DNA of 64,000 bases, from positions 17,306,451-17,370,450 of the forward strand of contig JARFYF010000064.1 in NCBI GenBank assembly GCA_030265395.1, in the 5' to 3' direction. The notes below the pieces were generated by a model, which was not told where the DNA came from, ran no database searches, and saw only the letters and a program-made list of their open reading frames with translations. Numbering within the stretch: the stretch's first letter is position 1; every line of letters starts with the position of its first letter. Positions 1 to 11,769 of the stretch are shown one piece after another. Origin of the DNA: Rhina ancylostomus (Eukaryota). The position numbers and the translations under genes are program-made.

Positions 1-110
1 AGAACATAGAACACTACAGCACAGTACAGGCCCTTCGGCCCACAATGTTGTGCCGACATTTTATCCTGCTCTAAGATTTATCCAATCCTTCCCTCCCACA
101 TAGCCCCCTA
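1..110 (-). mobile_element. CR1/HER1 LINE 3' tail
   Basis: agaacatagaacactacagcacagtacaggcccttcggcccacaatgttgtgccg is the reverse complement of the elasmobranch CR1 3' end (gggccgaagggcctgt...ctatgttct). Confidence 0.8.
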
Positions 111-451
111 TTAGCAGAGAGTTCCTGAGATACCACTTTAAAATACAATTTCTGAGGCATAATTCTGAAACTACAATGAGCGATTCATATGGTTACAATT
201 ACCTCACACTTATAAGCTCTCACTAGCAGATTGGTTTGTTATTCCTCTCCCACTCCTTTCTTATGTCTGTCTCACACATACAATCTCCTACTGCCCTCTC
301 TAATACAATTATCTTCCTTTCATGCCCTCACAATCCTCCGTCTTGGGTCTCTAACTTCAGAGCACACTTTCCAATTACAATATTTGATTACAGTTTTGTA
401 AAAACTGTGTAAAACAAGAGCTGCCAATCCATCCCTGTCTCTATTTCTTAC

Positions 452-611
452 GGTTGATCTAAACAAAACTGCAGGATAATAGTGCTGCCCTGTGGAATCA
501 AGTCTGCCAATAGTTGATCCTGAAGAAAGGCTAACAGGAGCTGGGGAGATTTCCATGTTTCACACCATTCAAAGCTCACAGCTTGATGAAGGGGCTTGTT
601 GGTGAAAGCAA
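452..611 (-). CDS. Candidate exon of an unidentified gene
   Basis: On the minus strand, acceptor tatttaacttcag| and donor CAACC|gtaaga bound 160 nt. One frame is fully open (AFTNKPLHQAVSFEW...CLDQP). Another starts at ATG 556 in aaacATGG context and ends in phase 0 (MEISPAPVSLSSGSTIGRLDSTGQHYYPAVLFRST). No homology recognised. Confidence 0.3.
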
Positions 612-657
612 CTGAAGTTAAATACGAGGGGTGATACATTCATCCATTTTACATCAT

Positions 658-706
658 CAAACACACAAACCTATACACAAACACACAAACCTATACACAA
701 ACACAC
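658..706. repeat. 20-bp tandem repeat (~2.4 copies)
   Basis: caaacacacaaacctataca repeated directly. Confidence 0.85.
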
Positions 707-1240
707 ATACTCATAGAAACAGCAGGCAGTGACTAATGTAGATAAATCCAAGTTTCTGACAAATGTAATGGCTTCAAACTCAAGCTCAAGATAATCCCAG
801 TGATGGAAATGAATTCTTTTGCTGGTTTTGACTGTCAGAATAACTGATGTTACCCGATGTTGAAACTTGTAGTGTGAATTAGTGTTGCAGAAAACCTGTC
901 AGTCTGGTGCAATGGCAACAATAATTTGCCTCAGAAAAGGCACTGATAATTAAGGAGAACCGTTTGAACACCCTTTGGATGGGTATAATTATTTAATAAA
1001 CTGACAAACTAGAGAAAGCAACATCAGAACAGGCATTGAAAAGTTTGGTTATAGAAGTAGATTTTGAGGAGGAAAATAAACAGGTTGGAGCTCGGACTGC
1101 AAGTGTCTTCAGCCACAGTTGTCAGCTGGTTGATAACTGAGATTGGCCGACCTTGGTTCTAGATTGGAGGTGATGTGGGTCGTCATTGTGCAGATGTCGA
1201 GTGTTGAGGCAGGTTCTTTCACCCGCTTCNNNNNNNNNNC

Positions 1241-1965
1241 AGTGATGACCACCTTCAGGAAAGAGGATGTAGACAATAGTGGTAACGGCAGAGAAGTCTC
1301 CCAACTGTCTGACCTACAGAAAGTCATGGCCACCTCCGACCAGTGGCTGAAGAGCTTCTTCACAGATTGCAGTGTGGAGTCCATCCATCATGGAGCACAG
1401 TGGCATGATCTTCACTGTGCAATAACTCCGTAAGTGCAGCACCAACCACTGTACAAGATCGTTCTCTGACCCTCAAAAGCCTTTGCAGAATGAAGATTCT
1501 CTGTCAGCCATGCCTTGCTGCACCACACTGCCTTCTGACAACAAAGTTCCAAGACAAGAAGCTGTAAAACATGGCCACTTCCCACATGTTGTGATCCAGC
1601 TCTCAACCCAGGCAGACATCAGATTCACAATCACCTCACGTGCACCAGTGCAGTCTTTGACTGACTGAGGAAAAGAGTGTTTGAAGATCAGTGCCTCAAA
1701 CCCAGTACAACGATTATGTTCTGCCAAGCCGAATGATCCTTGCCCTCACATAAGCTTCTACAGCATGGACCTGGAGCAGGTACTTCAAAGTACTGGTGAG
1801 ATACCACCGAAGCTGTCTCCACAAAGTTCTTCAAATCCACAGACAGCATAAGCACATCAATGTCATTGTTCTCACCCAGGCCTTTCATCCCCAAATTTCA
1901 ACCCCAGTTACACTCAGTCAGCTCCAATGGACAAATCATGTTGCCCTCACGCTGGATTCTTGAAA
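1241..1965 (+). mobile_element. Decayed RTE-clade LINE, RT and post-RT region
   Basis: Frameshifted translation matches RTE motifs: EELL..QCG...MIFT.Q.L...HQPLY...KAF, then HFP...LS.QADI, SAVFD.LRKRVFEDQ.LKPST, RYHRSCLHKVLQIH...NV.VL.QA. Confidence 0.8.
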
Positions 1966-1986
1966 CAGATGCAGTATGTGAGCTCT

Positions 1987-2332
1987 GTCATGAAGCCTTA
2001 CAGCATGGAAACAGACCCTTCGGCCTAACTGACCCTGCTGACCAAGATGCCCATCTAAGGTAGTCCCACTTGGCTGCCATTGACACAACTCCCTCTAAAT
2101 CTGCCTATCCATGTACCTGTCAAAACCCCTTTTCAGTGTTGTTAAATGTACCTGCCTCAACCACTTCCATATACTGACCACCCTCTGGGTGAAAAAGCTG
2201 ACCCTCAGGTTCCTATTAAATCTCTCCACTCTCACCTTAAACCTATGCCCTTTAGTTCTTGATTCCCCAACCCTGGGAAAAAGACTGTATACATTCACCC
2301 CGTCTATGCCCCTCATGATTTTATATACCTCT
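1987..2332 (-). mobile_element. CR1/HER1 LINE 3' fragment nested in the RTE copy
   Basis: ORF 2095-2316 MRGIDGVNVYSLFPRVGESRTKGHRFKVRVERF..NLR.SFFTQRVV.IW is the CR1 ORF2 C-terminus, followed by the CR1 tail. Confidence 0.9.
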
Positions 2333-2675
2333 CATATCAAGAGATTACCAGATGGACAGAAGAATTGATTCAAGGATGTTCTCAGCCTCCTTGAGAAAGG
2401 GTAACAGTCACACTGACTTGTGGGAGTTGCTCGTTTATTGTTCTCGCAATGGAGAAGGAGCATTCTGTGTGGCTTGGTTGGGAGCAGACGAAGCTCCAGC
2501 GTATTCAGTAGAAGCAGCACACCTCCTTGCAAGCCCCCACTTACCTGCCCTATCAAACATCTATGGCACAGTCTGTGAGTCCCACATTGTTGTCACCAGC
2601 CACCTCCAAGTTCACATAACTGGTGTGGAAGCAAGTTATCCACAATCCTGAGGGACAGCCGAAGGGAGAGAGAAG
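2333..2675 (+). mobile_element. RTE LINE 3' end (continuation of 1241-1965)
   Basis: GQK..FKDVL.ASL.K.N..TDLWELL-like C-terminus and tail gtggaagcaagttatccacaatcctgagggacagccgaagggagagagaag. Confidence 0.75.
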
Positions 2676-5289
2676 ACAGGTTTGGCAACCTTATGTCTAT
2701 TGTTTATAAACTCTGTGTAGTGGGAGGGAAAATCTCGCGAATCAAACATTTACTAGCTATGGGAGGAAGACAATTTGCACGTAACACTTGATAATCTATT
2801 CTCTTTGGTAATATTCAAATGTCAAGCTTTGGTTATCATCAAGGGACTGTAATTATATTGAAAGCATAAATCATTTTCGATGCTTATTGGAAAAAGTGTA
2901 ATTGCAATGAAGTTTAGTTTTTTAAGTTAACTGGCACAGCACAGTTACTCTTCTTTCCTTCGTTATGATGAAATTGAAAATATGCACGTCTTCAGAGTGG
3001 TTTGCCTGGGTCTGAGGCCTTTGACATGAAAGACATAGATGTGTCTTTCTTCTGGTGGTGACCCATTGATCATTAAAACCCAGCCAGATCCTGACACTTG
3101 AAAAGCTTAGTCGACCTGTCAGTTCACACCAGCAATTCCCCTCCGCCCCAGTGCAGCTACACTGAACGAGTAACAAAGGTAAAGAAACCAGTCTATCCAC
3201 AATGTCAGTCTTGCACTGAGTAAACTAATTTGCTTCAGGTTTGTGTTTGAAAAGCAAAGGAGTACTTGAATGTGTGATGCCATGGCCCAAAGCCAGCTGG
3301 GGATGATCTGCAGTCAGTGATTGGAGCAATTTTATGTTGTGTGAGCTGACTTCTGTATAAGTTGGCCAAAGACTATGACAGGTTGAGGGAATCTGCTGAC
3401 ATTGAAGACTGCTTGAAGTTGGCTGTAGCTAAAAAGAGCAAGGGTCCCATCAAATCCTCCCCACCTTCCACACACCAGTCGATGTGTGGTCTCCGTAGCT
3501 GGTTGTCTTCCAGGCCAGCAGTGATTGTTTACTGATGTGGGACCTTGGCCTCCAACATCCAGGAGATATATGTCTGTGAAGACACAGGTACCTGAAGATA
3601 AGCAACTCCCAAATTAAAAGAATCTTAAACAAAGCTCAGTTGCTGTTTCTGTCTGGTGGCAATGCTTTTAATTCTTGCTTCTCACCTGAGTGGAATCAGC
3701 CTGCAGGGCTTACATCAGTTACCTGCCGACACACTGAAAATGATTGATGAGCTGCCTCGGGCACTGAAGTATTCTTTGTCAACCACTCATAATTTATACA
3801 TCTTATCTCTGTCAGAACAAAAGACAGGATGGTGCTCATGGAAATGGAGGCTGTTTGGGTTATTGAGTTCAGTACAAACTGATAATTTTGATATCCGTCT
3901 GCTAGCTCCCTCATCAGGCCTCGCCAGTTTGTCTGCAGTCTTGGACTGCATAAACTAAAGTTCTGATTAAAAGTGCTGGCAGCTGGCTCAGGGAAGTGCA
4001 GCTGTGCTGTTGCTGCTCTGCTTTCTACACAGTGCAAGGTGGTTTCCCTTCCAGCAGCAATAAGTGAATGAGACAAAGCCCACTTGTCAGGATAATACAA
4101 GGTAATCGTCCATCTGAGGATTTAAGATAATGTCATGAATCATACTATCAGACCCCAAATTTATCTGCTAAGGTTCACTCAAACATAGCTTGCCATTGTC
4201 AAGTACATCTCTGTGTATATTCCATGTCTTCTAGTTTTATAAAGGTAGTTGCTTTGGGAATCCCCCTCTATGTGTGTGACAAAGGCACCACTGGGTCTGA
4301 AATGGAGAAATCATCAGTCAGGGGATTTTCTCTTTGATAACTGCTGTGGCCGCTGCTGTAAAGTTTTGTTTGTAAACATTGTTGAGGACATTGTTGTTCT
4401 TGAATATGATAATCGACGCCAACTCCCATGGTTGAGTAAATTGCCAGCAATCTCATATAAAATGCTGCCTCATTGAAACAGCTCTCAGTTGGTGGACTTC
4501 ACACTGCATGAGACAGATCCTTCAGGAGGAGGAGAGCATGTTTCTGAAAGGTCAATATGACTGTAATGAGTTAGAATGCTGGACATAGCACATATTCTGA
4601 TGTATGTTTTAGAGATTGTGTATTGAATTCTAAATCTCCATTATTTAACTTCACATTGAAGAGGAATCCCGAAGCAACATAGTGACATCTTCACAAAACC
4701 AGGAGTCTTGTAACAGCAAAGCATACACACAACAAAGAATATCCATAAAAATTTATCTGACAACGGGAAGATATATTTGAATAAATCCTTTGTGATAAAC
4801 CAAGGGTGAATTGAATTTTTTGTCTTCACCATTTATGGCAACTTCACTGTCTATTCATAATGGATTTTTTGCATAGGATTCATTCCAAATAGTACCTACA
4901 GTTTCTTTGGCGATCTATTGCAATATTAGTTGTTTGCAGTTTGGAGCTGAGTCTTCAACTCTAGAGCTTGACCACATCGATTTATACGCACGCTGTTCAA
5001 ATAGTCTTTTAAAAGTCAAGTTTCTGCTCCACTGTAAGCGTCAATTTCCTGATATATGAACTGCTTTAAGTATTTTCGTTCTCTTTCTCAGTTGTGCATT
5101 GGTCAACTTTATGCTGTTGTAGGTTAGGTACCAATGCAAATCATTGTGTAATTAATTTTCCTAATTTAGATAAAATTTTAAGTTGTTTTTATTCTTTTGT
5201 CCAATATCCTGAAAAAAATTGTAAACAGTGTGTCTGCATGGTCAGTAGCTTCAGATTATAGTTAATCTATTGTTTGTGTTCAGTTCACA

Positions 5290-5485
5290 AAGGTGACCCT
5301 GAACTTCCAGTAGCCTATCACTTCAGTTCTCCATCTCTGACTCCTCTTGTCTTTGGCCTCNNNNNNNNNNACACCATTCCAGTGAGTCTCAATGTAAACT
5401 CAAGGAGCTAGACCTTATCTTCAGCCTGGGCACATTACAGCCCTAAGGACTCAACAATGAATTCAACAACTTCAGTTCACCAACC
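5290..5485 (+). mobile_element. Penelope-like element, GIY-YIG endonuclease C-terminus
   Basis: Translates as PELPVAYHFSSPS...VFGL...SESQCKLKELDLIFSLGTLQP*GLNNEFNNF, the typical PLE ORF end. Confidence 0.75.
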
Positions 5486-5489
5486 TTCA

Positions 5490-6063
5490 CAGAATCATAG
5501 AGTTATACAGCATTTAAACAGGCCCTTCACCCCTACTTGCCCATTCTAATCAAGGTGCTTTCTTGAGCTTGTCCCATTTGCTGCCTGCATTTGACCCATA
5601 TNNNNNNNNNNATTTCTCCAAATCTTTCCCATCCATATTACCTGTCCAGATGTCTTTTAAATGTTGTAATTGTACCTGCCTCCACCACTTTCTCTGGCAG
5701 CTCATTCTCCATACCCACCATCCTGTTTGAAAAACTTTCCTCTCAGGTCCCCTTTAAATCTCACACCCTCACCTAAAACCTATGCATACTACTTTTAGAC
5801 TCCCTTACCATGGGAAAAGGACTGTGACCATCCACCTAATCTAAGCCCCTCCTGATTTTACAAACCTCCATAAGGTCACCCTCAGCCTCCTTCACTCCAG
5901 GGAAAACAGTCCCAACCTATCCAGTCTCTCATAACTCAAGCCCTTCAGTGCTGACAACATCCTTGTGAATCTTTTCTGTGCACCTTCTAGCTTCATCGCA
6001 TCCTTCCTATAGTATGGTGACCAGAACTGCACAAAGTATTTCAGGTACAGTGTCACCAACATC
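5490..6063 (-). mobile_element. CR1/HER1 LINE 3' fragment
   Basis: Tail gaatcatagagttatacagc...aggcccttc followed by reverse-strand ORF2 C-terminal sequence (gaccagaactgcaca = CVQFWS on the minus strand). Confidence 0.85.
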
Positions 6064-6230
6064 TCAATTGACCACTGTATATTGCCCCTAGTGTGTAGGT
6101 AAGTGGTAGAATCTGGGGGGAGTTGATAAACACAAAGAGAGAATAAAAGATTAATGTAAATGAGTGGTTAATGGTGCAGACGATGGGCTGAAGGGTCTGT
6201 TTTTCTGCTGTAGTAATTATAACTATAATC
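6064..6230 (+). mobile_element. HE1-like SINE 3' half
   Basis: attgcccctagtgtgtaggtaagtggtagaatctggggggagttgat...gatgggctgaagggtctgttt, matching the full copy at 15915-16218. Confidence 0.7.
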
Positions 6231-6799
6231 TTCCATAACCTGTTTCCTCAATGCCTCCTCTACCATGCAAAGTCATCTTCCTGTTTCCCTTTTCGAAGCT
6301 GGACGGTGAAGTAAAATGAAATTGGGCTTTGTTCCCTTGGAATAAATGGTTCAAACTGAAGTATCTAAACTGTGGAATTTTATGTTTATTTGATATGACT
6401 TCTTCTGGAAGATCTTGTGTGAAAAAGGTAGAAGATTACTTTTCTACCATGCATACCATGGTGAGGTATATCCCTGTATGCTTCACTTTTGAATACAGTG
6501 AATGGCTGGTGATAAACACTTAGAACAAGCACAATTGTTCACAATGATTTACATGGACTTGTGATCCTCTTCCACTTTGGAGTGGTGCTTTAAGGGGCTT
6601 TGTCCTGAATGCTATCCTACTGTGAGAACCCTATTGGTCTCATGTATCCCCCCAGAGTCTACCACTGACTTACACACGAGGGGCAATTCACAGTGGTCAA
6701 TTAAGTTATAAATCTGCATGTCTTTGGGATTTGAGATACAGATGCTCAGAAGAATCTCAACTCTGTTGAATCTTGTTCAGTCCAATCTAGAACAAAAGG

Positions 6800-7306
6800 G
6801 AGAACACACACACCAGTCCTCATTGAGATGTCAGCAGTGGAAACAGTGAGCAGCTTCAAGTTCCTGGCCATCAATGTCTAACCTGGACCCAACAAATTGA
6901 TGCAATCACAAAGAAGGCACGCCAGCAGCTCTACTTTGTTTGGAGTTTGAGGAGATTTAGTATGTCACCAAACACTCTTGCAAATTTCTATAGATGTATC
7001 GTGGAGAGCATTCTGACTGGTTGCATCACCGCCTGGTATGGAGGCTCCAATGCACAGGATCGCAAGAGGCTGCAGCGGGTTGTAGACTTAGCCAGCTCCA
7101 TCACGGGCACAACCCTCCCCATCATCAATGACATCTTCAAGAGGCAGTGCCTCAAGGAAGCGGCATCCATCACTAAGGACCCTCACCATCTGGGACATAC
7201 CCTCTTCACGTTACTACCATTGGGGAGGTGGTACAGGAGCCTGAAGACCCACACTCAGTGATTTAGGGAAAGCTTCCTCCCCCCGCCATCAGATTTCTGA
7301 ACGGTC
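6800..7306 (+). mobile_element. Rex1/Babar LINE 3' ORF fragment
   Basis: ORF 6947-7261 RRFSMSPNTLANFYRCIVESILTGCITAWYGGSNAQDRKRLQRVV...KDPHH.GH.LF.LLP.GR.YRS. Runs into an N gap. Confidence 0.92.
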
Positions 7307-7406
7307 NNNNNNNNNNNNNNNNNNNNNNNNNNNNNNNNNNNNNNNNNNNNNNNNNNNNNNNNNNNNNNNNNNNNNNNNNNNNNNNNNNNNNNNNNNNNNN
7401 NNNNNN

Positions 7407-7990
7407 TCTGATATTTAGGGCGCTAATGTTTGGGCTTTGTTTCGGCAAAAAAGAAAACTCGTTCGTTTCTGTTTTCCTTAAATTAATAATGTACGTTTGC
7501 AAATATGAATCATTGTCACCTGTAAATAATGACGGAAGTTACTGGTTTTAAACTTCGAAATTCTATGTGATAACAGCCAGTGATTTATACAGATGGTCCA
7601 TGTGTATATCTTTAGGAAAGACGTCGCCAAAATCCTGGAATCCCATGCTACAAACAGAGTTTTTACTGTGGCTACAAAGCCAGTGCACCTGATTGTGATC
7701 AGATTCTCCCATCACTGGCACCATTCTTTGCAGTGCCGCATCGGTATTACATATTTGGAAAAGTTTTGCATGTGTTCTCACGACACCTGCCTAATACAAA
7801 TAGTTCAATTCAGACAGACTTCGCGTGACATCATTTGGGATTTGATCCATCGGTGGAGTGGCAGTTTTTCTTCACAGCGAGGGGCAAGAGTTTAAAGCAA
7901 AAACAAAACGCTGGAGGATCTTAACGGGTCGAGCAGCATCTATGGGTGGGAGAGGAGATGTCGATATTTTGGGTCGAGAGCCACACTCAG
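7407..7990. promoter_or_regulatory. CpG-retaining patch beside an assembly gap; possible promoter or CpG-island flank
   Basis: About 20 CpGs in ~580 bp of AT-rich DNA, against strong depletion elsewhere. TGACGGAAGT (half-CRE plus ETS core) at 7530-7539. Confidence 0.3.
7895..7980 (-). mobile_element. PLE terminal-repeat remnant
   Basis: gctggaggatcttaacgggtcgagcagcatctatggg...gtcgatattttgggtcgaga. Confidence 0.7.
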
Positions 7991-8180
7991 TGATGTAGGA
8001 ACAACTTCTTCCCCTGTGCCTAGCAGATTTCTGAGTGGTCCACGAGCACCATCTCGTTATTTTTTTTGTTTTGCACTATTTATTTATTTTGTGATATATA
8101 GTTATTTTTATGTCTTTGCACCATACTGCTGCCACACATTTCACATCATTTAAGTCAGTGATAATGAACCTGATTCTGAG
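7981..8180 (+). mobile_element. Rex1/Babar 3' UTR and tail
   Basis: Matches the end of the 6800-7306 copy, then ttgcactatttattt...gtcagtgataatgaacctgattctga. Confidence 0.8.
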
Positions 8181-8199
8181 GTGGAGGAAGGGCAGTCTA

Positions 8200-8920
8200 T
8201 CAGAATGAAGATCATAACTAAGGCCATGAGGACAAGGGGTACAAAAATGTGCATGAGAGAATTGATGTGTCCAAACATCCTGGTAAGGCAGAAATGAGAA
8301 GATGGAATATTGAGTAGTTAATGAAGAGATAATTTTTTAAGAATTATGAAGATTGAGGAGAAGTTGGGATAAGTCTTTATTGGACAACTTGATCCTTGTA
8401 CAAGAAACCTGGAAGAATAGCAGAGAAAATTGAGAGGTTGCGCATCGGCCTGAATTGAATCTCTCAGTTATTCCAGAAGAGCTGACAAATAATATTTCTG
8501 ATGGGAGTCAAAATGAGAGAACATCACTGGGTCCTGAGATGGGCAATGCACCAACAACGTATGTGAATCCATGAGTTGAACAAATACGTATAACACTGGA
8601 ATTGCTGCAAGTGTGAAAATCCATAACTTGGCTAAATCTGTACATATATTATAACAGTTTGTTTTTCTTGAGAAAAAGGGGAAGAGTATTGGAGAGGAAT
8701 AAGAATTGTTGCTTTAAGACTGTCACTCCACTAAGGATTGTGTCATGTGACTAATTACTTTCTGCATTGCAGCGAAGTGTGTGAGAAGTACTGGAGAAAG
8801 GCCGCAGAGAGCCCACACGTAAACTGCATGCTGTAAACTCTGCACTGGGCTCTAAGATTAGGAGCTAATTGATCACAGTCCTGTAGAATAACAGCATCTC
8901 GCGACAAAATATATTTATCA
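8200..8920 (+). mobile_element. Possible old Gypsy-like LTR retrotransposon 3' remnant
   Basis: Purine-rich decayed coding-like sequence, a PPT-like gagaaaaaggggaagag near 8670-8686, then LTR-like sequence (gtcatgtgac). No intact domain seen. Confidence 0.25.
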
Positions 8921-9149
8921 CTTGCTATATAGGGGACTTCTCCTTGGAAAGGTTTGTGTTAGGAAGTGATGCAAAAGTCTACGGTCAACAAAACCCTCAA
9001 AGTGTGAACGTATGTTGCACTTTGCAATCACCTGCGCTATGCCTTGTGTCCACAAACTGCCCTGTGGGCCTACGCCACTTTGCCTCTGCAACCGAGCATC
9101 ATTTTCTTTGTATTTTATTAATTCAAGAGCATTCATGTCATTGTCACCG

Positions 9150-9290
9150 GCAAGGACTGTCCCTGCTAGTCTCTTGACCACTTGAGAGGGCAGCTATAAA
9201 TCAATTACTTGGCTTGCATAAATCCAGGTAAGAGTTGAGTCGGCTGGGGAAGGATGGCAAATATACATTTTTGCACAAGGCATCCTTGGT
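9150..9290 (-). mobile_element. Old elasmobranch SINE fragment
   Basis: gaccacttgagagggcagctataaatcaa...ggggaaggatggcaaat resembles a widespread shark SINE body. Confidence 0.4.
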
Positions 9291-9705
9291 AAAAAAAAAC
9301 TAACAAGAGGATATTAGTCATGCATTTCTCTGTCCTGATGTCACTTAATGGTATAAGCACCCTGTATGATGGGGTCTTAAGTGAAATTCAGTGACATGAT
9401 GCATAATGAGATCATGCTACACAATGGAATTTCTAACTCAAAGAATTTCACACACAATTGAATGCAGTGAAACATACTTTGTGCCAAAGGGCCTGGACAG
9501 AGAGACAGTGCAGCCTTGTTAATCGGCTTTCCACCACGAAGCAGCAATTCAGTCATTTCAGAGGAAGATTTCCAGCAGTGGAACGGTTTCAACAATTTTC
9601 CTCTTNNNNNNNNNNNNNNNNNNNNNNNNNNNNNNNNNNNNNNNNNNNNNNNNNNNNNNNNNNNNNNNNNNNNNNNNNNNNNNNNNNNNNNNNNNNNNNN
9701 NNNNN

Positions 9706-10030
9706 GATGATGACTTGTGCCCACTCTGGTTCTGTAGAGTCCTCTGCAGCATCTGCGGACTACAACACAAGGGTTTGACACAGCAGGTTGCAGTTCATTT
9801 GAGGTGTGTCTGCTCTTCCCTTTGTTTTCATTCTGTCTGCTTCTGTTTAGACTCAAGGAGTTCTTGTTTTCACTGACCTTCCTTCCCCATTGTAAGCAGT
9901 GATGGGCAAGGGATTCCCATGAATCTGTCAGGACATTGAATTTTTTTCAAGGAGCTATTGAGATCATCCTTATTGCATTCCCTGTGTCTTCCAGTAAATT
10001 TCCTGCTATAATAAAGCTCATATTAGAGTA
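9706..10030 (-). mobile_element. RTE LINE 3' fragment
   Basis: Minus strand reads KDDLNSSLKKFNVLTDSWESLAHH..QW. RTE tail (gatgacttg) at the left edge. Confidence 0.65.
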
Positions 10031-10044
10031 ATTATTATAAAAAG

Positions 10045-10300
10045 TGTGCAGATGCTGAAAATCTGAAATAAAAACACGAAACATTGGGAATGCTCAGTTG
10101 GTCAGGCAGCATTTGTGGAGAAGGGAGCAGAGTTAATGTTTCAGATCAGAAACTCTTCGTCAGAGATGGGAAGGAGGGAGAAAAAAGATGGTTTTAAGTT
10201 GCAGAAAGGGGGCGGGGCTAGGGTGATGGATAGGAGAAGGGGAGTATCTGTGATAGAGTGAGGCCAGGACAAAATGGGTTAGTGGGGGCAGTTAGGAGGT
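10045..10300 (-). mobile_element. PLE 3' UTR / pseudo-LTR remnant
   Basis: gcagatgctgaaaatctgaaataaaaac...ctcagttggtcaggcagcatttgtggag...gttaatgtttcag, with a hammerhead-like core at 10131-10166. Confidence 0.8.
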
Positions 10301-10494
10301 GATTAAACCTTGTCTGTGTTATTGTGTTACTGATAGCAGGGTTGTGGGACCAACTTAATGTGTGTGTATTTAACTGGTTAGAAGGGGATGCATTTTTTTG
10401 AATGCATAAGCAGAATCTCGAAGTTAGCGGCACTTTCGGATTGTAATATTGTCAATAGCTTACTTTTATTATCTGTCCTCAACTGACTTATGTT

Positions 10495-10650
10495 TTCAGT
10501 CTCCTCCTGCTGCTTGGGTGGCCCCTTGGTTCTGAGGATGACTTGCTTCCCCTTTGGTTCTGAGGTAACTGATGAGGGCAGTGTCGGAACCACAGAGCCC
10601 CCACAGATGGGGCAGAAGCTGACTGATGGGATGGGATGGGCGAATGGCTA
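10495..10650 (-). mobile_element. RTE LINE 3' tail
   Basis: Reverse complement ctcatcagttacctcagaacc...gaagcaagtcatcctc matches the RTE tails at ~2620 and ~34920. Confidence 0.7.
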
Positions 10651-10691
10651 CCTACCAACAATATTAGGGATTCAGGAGCTATGGGATTACA

Positions 10692-11430
10692 TGGTTATAG
10701 CAGGCATTAACTCGAAGGAGAACCAGTGTCCAGGAAAAAAACAGTTCTAATGTAAATTGAAAGCATTAATCAGTTTGAAATTAAAATAACAACTTTGTAA
10801 ACAAACGGTGCTGTCTACAGAGCATCGGCTACTCAAAAGAGATGTGGTTTGCAAACCCGCATGACTGTGATTCTGTATGTATCAGCCAAACAGAAGATAA
10901 TGGGGTGATGTTAATTGGCTAACATCAAATCAGGCATCAGGCACGTTCAGCGAAGTTATTTTACACCATTGTGACCGAGTTCAAGGAAGCTTCCAGACCA
11001 GACTTATTTTGTCACTTTGAACATTGTGTCCTTAGAGAGTCAACCCCTACATCACTAATTTTGGGTGTCTGGGTTCTATATCCTCAAGGCTTTAGATCAT
11101 CCATGTGAAGTACTTTGTCCCAGTAAAGGTGTTTGAACACTCAGAGGTGTCTTATCAGTTACCTTATGCTCCTATTGTAAATATGTAATTCAACTTGAAC
11201 CATTTTTCAGACTCAAAATATTGAAGTAAATGATGTCATTGTAGCTATTGAAATTGTATTGAATCACCTGCTGTTATCTCTGTTCTTAAGAGTATAAAAA
11301 CTTGATATACTTTGAGTTCGGGGAGATTCTACTGATAGGGTCTCCAAAAGAATGTTTCTTTGTTGTGATGAATAAAAGTCTTTATATCTACCAGCTTCAG
11401 TGTCTCCAGTGACAATTCACAGTCACAACA
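10692..11430 (+). mobile_element. Solo LTR (ERV- or Gypsy-type), 739 bp
   Basis: Begins TG (10692) and ends cacaaCA (11430). Flanked by a TACA direct repeat (10688-10691 and 11431-11434; TACAT if the start is 10693). TATAAAA at 11293-11299 and AATAAA at 11371-11376 in U3-R-U5 order. Confidence 0.75.
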
Positions 11431-11439
11431 TACATCTAA

Positions 11440-11765
11440 ATATAAGAATGAGAAGCAAGTACATGTCTTTTAGCACTTGAAGCCTGCTCTACCATTTAGT
11501 ATCATTGGCTGATCTGATGGTAACCTCATTCCACATTCCTGTCTACCCACAGGAACTATTCACTCTCTTGTTTCTCGAGACTCTTTCCAAATGTCTTAAA
11601 AATACTCTGAAACTCTGCTCCCACCAGCCTTCTGGAGTTCCTTAGAGCCACTCCGGATCCTTCAGAAGGAAAATTTCACTTGGTCTCTACCTTAAATGGA
11701 TGATTCCTTCTTTAACAGAGACCCCTAGTACTCGATCCTGCCACATGAGGAAACATTTCTTCACA
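11440..11765 (-). mobile_element. Old CR1 3' fragment
   Basis: ataagaatgagaagcaagta...agcctgctctaccattt...atcattggctgatctga is a CR1 tail variant. Confidence 0.65.
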
Positions 11766-11769
11766 TCAT

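Noticed and set aside
6947-7261. Clean 104-aa ORF as a host gene
   Set aside because: It is the Rex1/Babar C-terminus, repeated at 60044-60400 and elsewhere in the window.
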